Below, piece by piece: positions 26,705-36,455 of a stretch of 64,000 bases of DNA. The notes beneath the pieces were generated by a model. The model saw only the letters and a list, made by a program, of their open reading frames with translations, did no database searches and had not been told where the DNA came from. The stretch's first letter is position 1; every line of letters starts with the position of its first letter. Both the position numbers and the translations under genes were made by a program. Source of the DNA: Eledone cirrhosa (lineage: Eukaryota); the NCBI GenBank assembly GCA_964016885.1, contig OZ024744.1, forward strand, positions 42,904,001 through 42,968,000. The letters are read 5' to 3'.

Positions 26705-29297
26705 TGGCGTGATAGATGGACGGTCGTAAACAGAAAAGGCTTCCCTGGTGAGGAATGTACTTCCCAACATAACTTAGTTGTCAGCGACCTCACAGTCAGA
26801 ACTAGACGAACTTGGAAACAGAAGGCAACCTGGAGAAGAAATATCTGGAAGCTGAAAGATATTTTACTCAACGCCTATGACAGTAAAGAAGAACAGATAC
26901 AGACATTCAATGTAGAAGAGAACTGGGAGTTCCTAAAAAATAACTTACTAAAGGTGACGGACAAGATCTGTGGTTGGAGCAAGTCCACAGGGAGAAGGAG
27001 AGTGACTTGGTAGTGGAACAATAAGGAAGATGAGGCAGTTAAAGCTAAGAGACAGGCATGGAAAGAATGGAATAACGGAGGTAGCAGGGTACATTACATA
27101 GAGACCAGGAGGGAAGCTAGGTGACAAGTATACTTAGCTAGAGGGAAGCAGAGGATAGAAAATTCAAGCATGTTTTGCAATGTGAGGACCAGAAACAGGA
27201 TGTGTTCAAGATTGTGAGGCAGTGTGTCAGAGAGAATTGTGATGTCATTGGTGAGAAGTGTACCCGGAATGATAAAGGTGAGCTTGCCCTCACAAGTGCT
27301 GAGAAGAAAGCTGCGTGGAACAACCATTATGAAAGATTACTAAACGAGGAGAATGCATGGGAAAAAGAGACCCTACTCCAAGTGGACCCTATAGAGGGGC
27401 CAGCAGTACAAGTCAGCAGTAGAGTAGTAAGTAAGGCAATCAAAGATATGAAGACAGGGAAGGCAACTGGTCCATCGGGTATAGCTGCCGAGATGCTGAA
27501 GGCATCTGGGTCTGTAGGTCGCACCACAACCACACGAACGTTAACCAGGTAATACTAGGGAGTATCATACCAAAGGATTGGTGCAGCAGCATCATTGTCA
27601 ACTGCTACAAAGGTAAAGGCGATGCACTAGATAGAGGTAATATAGAGGTATGAAGCTGATGGACCAGGAGAGAGTTATAGCAGAGTTGATTAGGGACCGG
27701 GTGAAACTAGATGAGATGCAATTTGGGTGAAACGAGATGATATGCAATTTGGGTTTGTACCAGAAAAGGCACCACTGATGCCTTCTTCCTTGTGAGGCAG
27801 TTACAGGAAAAGTACCTAGCTAAAAGTAAGCCGCTCTACCTGGCATTCATCGATCTGGAAAAAGCTTTCAACAGAGTCCCTATAATCTGGTGGGCTCTTA
27901 GAAAATTAGGAGTAGATGAATGGCTTGTGAAATCTGTACAAGCAATGTATAGAGGAAGCAGTCAGCAAAGTTAGGGTTAGCAATGACTACAGCAAGGAAT
28001 TTAGTATATAGGTCGGTGTCCAGCCCGGAATTTAGTATACAGCCCTCTCCTGTTCAATATAGTTTTGCCGGAAATAACGGAGGAGTTTAAGACCGGATGC
28101 CCATGGGAACTCTTATATGCGGATGAGCTCGCACTTATAGCTGAATCCATGGTGGAACTAGAGAAGAAATTCCAAACATGGTAGCAGGGCCTAGAAAGAA
28201 AGAGTCTCAAAGTCAACCTGACAAAGACTAATGTTCTTGTAAGTAGACGAGAAAACATAACCCAGACCCCCTCGGGGAAATGGCCTTGCTCAGTATGTAG
28301 GAAAGGTGTAGGTAGGAACTCCATCCTCTGCCACAATTGCAAACAATGGGTACACAAGAGATGTAGTGGGATCTCAGGAAGTTTAACTAAGAATGTAGGC
28401 TTCACATGCAGTAGCTGTGCTGGGACAGCAAGCAGCAAACGACCGCAGGAGACAAGCACCACCAATCTCTGGGAAGGCTCTGTAGAAACAGTAGACAGCT
28501 TCTGCTACCTAGGTGACCGAATTAGCAACGGAGGTGGGTGTTCGGAAAGTACAATAACTAGGGTAAGAACGGGATGGAAGAAGTTCAGGGAACTACTGCC
28601 ACTGCTAACTGCAAAAGGCTTTTCCCTTAAAATGAAAGGCAGACTATATGATGCATGTATACGAACAGCAATGTTGCATGGTAGTGAGACCTGGGCGCTG
28701 AATGTAGAAGACTTGCGCAGATTAGAAAGAAACGAAGCTTGCATGCTAAGATGGATGTGTAATAGTAATATACGCGAACGGCAAAGCAAAAACTAATTGA
28801 GGGAGAGACTGAGCATAAGGGGAATCAAATGCTGGAGAGGAGGTCGCGTTGATAGGACTTGTGATGCATATGAAGGATGACATCTGCATAAAAAGGTGCA
28901 GAGCACTAGAAGTCGATGGAAGCCGAGGAGTAGGGAGACCCAAGAAGACCTGGGATGAGGTGAAAAAAGATGACCAATTACACCTCTCAAAGGTGATGAC
29001 ACGCAGTAATACAGAAAACCCGACTTCCCACAGGAACAAGTGGTTGTGGAGGTGCCACGGCAAAAAAGCATCCAGCCCACACCGTAAAGTGGACGCGTAG
29101 GCGCCTCGGAAAAAAAGCACCCAGCACTCACTGTAAATGAAGTTGGTGTTAGGAAGGGCATCCAGCTGTAGCAACCAAGCCAGAATCAATTCTTGTATGA
29201 GCATGACAAGGTCAGCTGACTGGACCCTGCCTACAACAGGACAACCCGTCTAACCCATGCTAGCGTGGAAGAACGGACGTAAAACGGTGATGATGAT
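26705..29297 (+). mobile_element. 5'-truncated RTE LINE with 3'UTR and (GAT)n tail
   Basis: EECTSQHNLVV, GKATGPSG, AFIDLEKAF, LLYADEL and Cys-rich insert; stops and frameshifts. Confidence 0.9.
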
Positions 29298-29360
29298 ACA
29301 TACATACATACATACATACATACATACATACATACATACATACATACATACATACATACA

Positions 29361-29968
29361 TGGTGGCTGCCAACTCGTTTTCGAGTACGGTCACTACTTT
29401 ATATCCATGTAGGAGAACCCCTACCGATGCGCTGAACGAGTGTGACTTTTTAGTCCAGCCAGTGACTTGAAAACTCTGGTACAAACACTACACTTGTGAC
29501 AATTATTGACACATAGTGCTGGGCCCATGGTACCATGTGACGACAAGTGCAGAGAGATCTCCAGATATAAAGCAATGCCTGTGCCGTGAAGCTTTTATAG
29601 TGAGCAAAGGCACTGCACAAAGCCAGTCCCACTCTCTTAACCAAGATGATATTTACCAAAAAGAAGAACAAGTCAACATCATTGGATACCATCAGGGTTG
29701 CAGGTGTTATATCAGAGTTTTCCTTCTCCTAGAATTCTGCCTTGACAAAGGCTAAGGGGTCATCTCTCCCGGTGATTTTGGATGGCCATTGACTCTTAAG
29801 AGCTCCTTTGCCCTTTGACAGGTTTTGTTTTTAGTCCTGCAGGATGTCCAAAGTCCCCCTCCTCACCAAGAAACCTTGGTGGGGTTGCCAGTTTAGTCGC
29901 CAACGACCCGACCATGAGACAGGTTGTACTGGGATACATGTTACCAGTAGCACCAACTGGTGACCTGA
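29361..29968. repeat. Unclassified interspersed repeat bounded by (TACA)n on both sides
   Basis: GC-richer 600-bp block between two (TACA)n tracts with no convincing ORF; resembles RTE-associated non-autonomous repeats. Confidence 0.35.
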
Positions 29969-30039
29969 CATACATACATACATACATACATACATACATA
30001 CATACATACATACATACATACATACATACATACATACAT

Positions 30040-30076
<37 letters not shown>

Positions 30077-30117
30077 CGAAACATAAGTCAATTGTATGAA
30101 CTCATAATCCTTTATTT

Positions 30118-30173
30118 ACTGCTATATATATTTCGATGATAGCCATTGAATGGCTATGACCTCATCAGGCAGT
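30118..30173 (-). ncRNA. Minimal type I hammerhead ribozyme
   Basis: Minus strand: actgc CUGAUGA ggtc atagccatt c aatggctat catc GAAA tatata UA gcagt. 5-bp stem I, 9-bp helix in stem II, palindromic stem III. Confidence 0.75.
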
Positions 30174-30486
30174 TAGTCAGTTCTTAGATATGCCAGCTCT
30201 GTGTGTATAGTGTTGATGGTATCAGAGCCTTGGAACATATATATATATAACCCTCTTCCTGCTGTTTCAAGCATTAACCTAATATATTCCTTCCATATAC
30301 TGTACCGACTGTGTTGTTATTCCTGTATACGTTTTACATATATATATATACTTACTTCATTTTTGAATTTGTATTGCAAGATTTCTTATCTGAAAACGTG
30401 TGTTGAACAGATATTGTTATACTTTGCAAAAAAAAACCCAAAACAACCGCACACACCTGTTGGTTTTCACTTCAATTTATTATATA

Positions 30487-31422
30487 GTAGCAGCAGTACC
30501 CACCGTTGCCTGGGTAGGTAAAATAATATCTGCTTTGATGAAAAGGTGTTGATCTTAGCGACTGCGGGTTTCTTGAAAATCGATCGTAAGGTGTAGCAAA
30601 TGGCGAAATGTTGAGTGAAATCGTGTGGAATATGTGGGAGGTGGAAAAAATCGTATTTTGAAGTGTTAAACGGCTGCCACGCCGTCCCTGAACAAAAAAT
30701 GCAAAGTGTAAAGCTACTATAAGATGTGTAATGATAGGTTCTATCGTAGTATAAAAGTTGAACCAAATAAATTGATTTATGTGTGAGGTGGAGCCGAAGT
30801 TTCGAATTTGAACGAAATTGGTTGAAAAATGTGGGAGCTAGAGCCGACAAGGCGGACATTTGAGCGAAAAGGTGGTATTTTCGAATATTTAAGCGGCTGC
30901 CACGCCGTTCCTGAACAAAAAATCCAAAATGTAAAGCCACTTTAAGACGTGAAATAATCAGATCTAGCGTAGTGTAAAATTTGAAGAAAGTAGGTTGATT
31001 AATGTGGGAGCTAGAGCCGAAAAAGTGGAAATTTTAGTCTAAAAGTGGTATTTTTGAATATTTAAGCGGCTGCCACGCCGTCCCTGGACAACAAATGCAA
31101 AATATAAAGCCATTACAGGATGTGCAATGATAAATTCTATTTTGCTTTAAAATGTGAACGAAATCGGTGGCAAAATGTGGGAGCTAGAGCCAAAGATCTT
31201 ATTTTTCGATACCTAAAAAAAGGTCACCCCCCTATCGATTTTTATCTGCAGAATGACCCCGGAATAAAAAAAAAAGATCCGCTGATATATAGAAAACACT
31301 CCCCGATAACTAATCTATGAGGCTGTAAAGTTTCATGAAAATCGGTCCTAAGATGTAGGCCCCTATAGGTAATACACAAACACACAGACACACACATACT
31401 TAATTTTATATATATATACAGA
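30487..31422 (-). mobile_element. Non-autonomous canonical Helitron
   Basis: Minus strand: A|TCTGTATATATATATAAAATTAAG ... TACCCAGGCAACGGTGGGTA hairpin, CTGCTGCTAC|T (CTRR variant). Sits between A and T with no TSD; internal cggctgccacgccg repeat units. Confidence 0.85.
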
Positions 31423-31554
31423 TTTCCGGTTGTTTGGTTCGATAACTGGATGGTTGTTTATATATAATCAAAGCTCTTTCGTCATACATTTTGTGACTAG
31501 GTTTTTATTTTGTGTCTCTCTTTTGTTCTCTCCTACACCATCTTGTTTTTGTGT

Positions 31555-31968
31555 GTTGAAATCTGATCTTGCCCAATTACACCTCTCAAAGATGATGACA
31601 CAGGATCGAGACCTCTAGCATTACGCAGTAATACAGAAGACCTGACTTGCCACGGGTACAAGCCAAAGTTGCATATTGACAGAATGCCCCCACCCCACCC
31701 TCCCACTGTAAAGTGGTCATGTAGTTGTCACGACAAAAAGTATACGGTCTACACTGTAAAATGGTCGTGTAGGGCCGCGATAAAAAGCACCCAGTATTCA
31801 CTGTAAATGAGGTTGGTGTTAGGAAGGGCATCCAGCTGTAGAAATCAAACCAAAATCATTTCTGTATGAGCAAGACATGATCACCTGATCTGACATTGCC
31901 TACAACAGAACAACTCATCTAACCCATGCTAGCGTGGAAGAATGGTTGTAAAAAGTGATGATGATGAT
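31555..31968 (+). mobile_element. RTE LINE extreme 3' fragment
   Basis: LKSDLAQLHLSKMMT, shared 3'UTR and (GAT)n tail. Confidence 0.8.
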
Positions 31969-32070
31969 ATATATAAAATTTGTTTCTCTCCGCTACCGCT
32001 GGAACAAAAGAATGACGTTGTCATCTACCACGTGGTGTTTTATGAAGCTGTTAACTTGTAAATAAACTAA

Positions 32071-33116
32071 ACCAGATAGAAAAATGCGTACAGCAAAAAA
32101 AAGTAATATTGTTGGAATATAAACCTTTAAAAATACAGGACAAGAAACTAAAATAAAACTTTAAAAGAATAGGACAAGAAACTAAGATAAAACTTTAAAA
32201 GAATAGGACAAGAAACTAAGATAAAACTTTAAAGAATTGGACAAGAAATAAAAAATTTTACAATAATATTAGTGGCAAAATTTTTTTATTCGTTTCCTGT
32301 GCTATGCCCCAGTATCTTCTTGATTAGTGCATAATAATTGTCATGCTCTCATTGTGCGTTGCCCCTGAGCGGTTGGTTCTGGTTGGGGTTGGTTGGCTGA
32401 GCAGTTCTGCTCCGTCAGAATGACCATTGCAAGAAGAATTGGCCGATGCAGGTGCAGGTCTCCTCCAAGAATGCACTTCTGATCCCGCAACACCAGACGA
32501 AGATGGAGAAGACGACCGGGACAAGATGTCGACTCTGACCACCGACTACGGCACCTCCCTCAACCACCGGTCCTCCCTCCCTCTGTCCCGTCATCCCTCC
32601 AGTCCTCCTGCTCCCCCTTCCTGTACCAGAAAGCTGTGGCACGCATTCATCTGGACTGTCGGAGTTGAAATCAAGGACAAGATGCAAGGAGAAGATGGAC
32701 GGGTTGGTCAACATCAAGGATGAACGGGACGACAAGACCGTCCGCTGCTGCTCAAGATCTGTGCTCATGGACCCATGGGCCCATGGGTCCATTCACATTA
32801 TGCATGACACATGAGGCGTGTCGCCGAATGATGAAATAGGGGTATGGTTATGGCCCAATTGGTGTTCAAACCAGGATCAAATGATCCCCCCTTTCTGACG
32901 ACGACCTCTGAATGTGGAACTCGATTTTTTACCAATAAAAATTTTGCCACTAATATTATTGTAAATTTTTTTATTTCTTGTCCAATTCTTTAAAGTTTTA
33001 TCTTAGTTTCTTGTCCTATTCTTTTAAAGTTTTATTTTAGTTTTTTGTCCTGTATTTTTAAAGGTTTATATTCCAACAATATTACTTTTTTTGCTGTACG
33101 CATTTTTCTATCTGGT
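32071..33116. repeat. Long inverted repeats (~215 and ~180 bp) enclosing a GC-rich core
   Basis: accagatagaaaaatgcgtacagc...agtggcaaaatttt (32071-32285) is the reverse complement of 32937-33116. The left arm has one extra ~33-bp subrepeat. Confidence 0.9.
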
Positions 33117-33914
33117 GTACTATTTTTTAAGGCAATGCAAGCAACAACTATCTAATAATTAAATGATCATAGTGAATTACTGACAAGTGATTGACATTTT
33201 AAAGTTCTTTTGAATATAATTGCAATCTAGTTGAGGCAACTGGCTTAATGACAAAGCTAGTAAATCATGAATGCATTTGAGATGATTAGTGCATAATAGT
33301 GAATTGGTGAAACTTGTGCATTTCAATGGTGTTACAACAATAGATGTAAGTAGTAATACTTTATCATTTTAACTTTTTAGAATGGACAAAAACCCATGCA
33401 AAGAAATGACTTTGACTGCAGTGATTCTCTCCAATTTACTTACAAAGCAAAACGTGGTCAAATACCTTATCATCTCTGATAAAATGCCCATTGAATCACT
33501 GAAAATCGGATGCATGGAATTCCTCATAAAATGCACCTATGAATCGGAAGCCATCATAGGGAGTTGTTCACACTGGAAGACCATCACTTCATTTGTGACT
33601 TCATCAGTTATCTCCACGATTATCTCAGACACCCAATGCCATTGATGAGAGGTGATCCAATGTGTGAGCATGTAACTAATCTTATAGAAGTTGTTATCGA
33701 CCACCTGGCTTTTAGTGACATTTGACTGCTTTGACTGATTTGACTGATAATGATGTATTTTTAAAAAGTATGTGTACATTCTTGTTACTATTTTAAGGCA
33801 ATGCAAGCAACAACTATTTAATAAAATTTAAATTTAAAAATGACCATTGTGCATTACTAGTATGATGACATTTTATTAAGTCACAAAATTAGTCAGTCAG
33901 CCATAGAACAAGGA

Positions 33915-35296
33915 TCAGGTGGCAAAAACATTGGCAAAAATTTGTGTCAATGTAAGATTTCCAACATTGTTTAAATGAATCATATTTGAAGTCAGATTTG
34001 TCAAATTTTGACCAATTTTCAATGTTTTGAAGATTGGGCAAGTTCAATTTTTGAATCATTTCTTCATGCAGTAATTAAACTTTTCCAAACGAGAATTTCT
34101 CTTGCCCAAGTCATTTTTTATTTTCAATTACACTTTGTGGGCGTGGAATGACACCACTGTAGAAAATGGGTGTACAGTGGGGTTTTTCCGCTATTTTCTG
34201 TAGCCTTGCAAAGAGACTCTTCCCCTGTTTTTCCGGTTTTGTGCCTCGAATGGGCACTTTGTCCTTAATTTACAAATAAATGATTAATAAAAAGTACTTG
34301 GGCAAAAATTATTGTATTACTTTGCACAGCTTTGTAGTGCCAACGGTGCGACGAGGATTCAGATCATTAGAGCCGACATGAACCACCAATACTTTCACAA
34401 AAGGACAACAGATAACAATGTTGGCGATTAACATTACCTGGCCCTGACGGGCCCCAGGTATACAAAATATCTAAGTATTTTTGTTGGTATGATAAGTAAA
34501 TACATTTGAATTAATATTTTTATACCTTCTGGTCATTCGATTTCGCCACATTTCTAATTATTGAATCACCCACAATATACTTGAATTGTGGGTGATTTTT
34601 ATTCAAAAGTGCACGGACGACCATTAAACAACGGCCATGGAGATTTGTACCATTCCCATTAAATCCTCGCCCCCAAATTGGATTAGGGGTGTCCCCGACC
34701 AATTGTTGCTACAAATATTCAATAAATGAGCTAGATTCAAATGGTTTTTCCCTCAAAAAACGTTTTTTTACCGTTTTTTACTGGTTTTTAATGGTAAAAA
34801 AACCGTTTGTAACTTTTTTTGTAAACTTTTTCAAGTCTGGTAAAAAACGGTTTTTTAACCGTTTATTACTGGTTTTTTAATGGTAAAAAAACCGTTTGCA
34901 ACCCTAGTCACATGTACATACAGTCCCCGTGTCACGAAGTTTTGATGCCAGTAGAGGATCATTTTCGAATTTCATTGACAACAGTACCACCATGAGATCA
35001 AACTGGATTGATTCCCATTTGAAATCTCTCTCTTTGCAGAAAGTTGACAATCTATCAAAAAATAGCATTGTAAACTTTTATCAAATATGTATGGGATATG
35101 TTTACTTAAATGGGTCTTTTTCTGCCAAAATGTGGCAGAGTTGGTCATTTCTTCCATAAAATAGGGTCTTGATGTACTTATAAGCATGTTCAACTGTGAT
35201 GAATGAACATTCCAATAAATTCAGTGGACTGTTTAATTTGCTCATATTGGATAAAAACTGATGCTGCTGTCTACGACCTTTATATAGGATTGTCAT
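33915..35296 (-). CDS. Spliced NADAR (YbiA/DUF1768-family) + SGNH-like fusion gene; last exon frameshifted
   Basis: Exons 35296-35106, 35051-34922, 34708-34526, 34470-34321 and 34263-33915; all GT-AG and frame-preserving. NADAR motifs: FLSNM, TVEHAYKYIK, WESIQFDLM, MKFENDPLL..KLRDTG, LVGDTPNPIWGRG, GTNLHGRCLMVVR. SGNH motifs: IVGDSIIRNV, CIPGA, VVHVGSNDL, FYSGVIPR, D..HLN. Confidence 0.8.
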
Positions 35297-35485
35297 GTTT
35301 CTCTGTATCTGCAATGTGGGTATACAAAATAAGAATTATGATATTAACTTTTATTTAAAATCCCAAAAAATGCTGTGCATGAAAACTTCAAAAAGTTGCT
35401 CATACTAATTTTGTAAAAGATTTCAAGTCAATAATCAGAATGATCTGGTATAATTTTTATGCAGATAAATGACTAATTAGTATAA

Positions 35486-35552
35486 AGGGCCATCCAGATA
35501 TCATGTGGACACCGCGAACCAAAAATGGTCACATGATATCTGGATGGCTCCT
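35486..35552. mobile_element. Tiny palindromic Harbinger/PIF-like MITE
   Basis: agggccatccagatatcatgtg ... cacatgatatctggatggctcct. A related element lies at 44248-44371. Confidence 0.55.
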
Positions 35553-36455
35553 AAGCATCCACTCCACATGGCGGGGACATGGGTCATCATCGTGGAGCAC
35601 TCACCTATTTTTAAAATATTAGACTATGATAAATGAATTTAGTTAAACATACAATTTGAAATATATTAGATAATATTTAGTAGGTGAGCATTAACAACTG
35701 AATCTAAATGGTGCAATTACACCATTTGCATTTAGTTGAAAATTACATTTTAATTAGACATGACAATAAATGTGACAAATGTTACACAATACAAAGCAAA
35801 TGTCAATTTTCACATGCAAGTTTTTTTGAGGTTTTTTTTGATTTTTTCACACACAGCATTTTTGTCAATTTTCACATGCAAACTTTTTGGGGGATTTTTT
35901 TCACGCGCGCCATTTTTTTTTGATTTTTCACATTAATTTTTTCGGGGGATTGATTACAAATTTTATGTGCATTTTTTACAATTTTTCGCATGTATATTAT
36001 TTGTTTGCTTATGATGTGGCTTGCTTGTTGCTTGTTTTGTTTCACCTGATTTGACTGTTCATATTTATTTTAAAAATCCACCCCCAAGTCCAAGTTGTGA
36101 CCAAGAAATTTAATAGTAAAGAATTGCCAGTAAAGATGTGTAACTCCATTAGACATACATATAAATGTTTATAATATAAAATGTTACATTTTGGCAGACA
36201 ACAGATACATTGGATAGACCTACTGCATACTTCGGAACTATCCTCTGACACTGTAGCTTGACAAATGTAACAAATTTCCTGTAGTACTACATATAAATGA
36301 AATATTGCTCATGTTACAAAACAACAGTTACATTGGACAGACCTACTGCATACTTCGGCACTGTCCTCTGACACAGTTGCTTGACAAATGAAACAAATTT
36401 TTCATATAGTAGTACAGATTTTTATACTCTATATTATTTTAATGTATAATAGAGT

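Noticed and set aside
34435-34461. GC-rich hairpin tacctggccctgacgggccccaggta as a Helitron terminus
   Set aside because: It lies inside exon 4 of the NADAR-SGNH gene, encoding IPGARQGQV.
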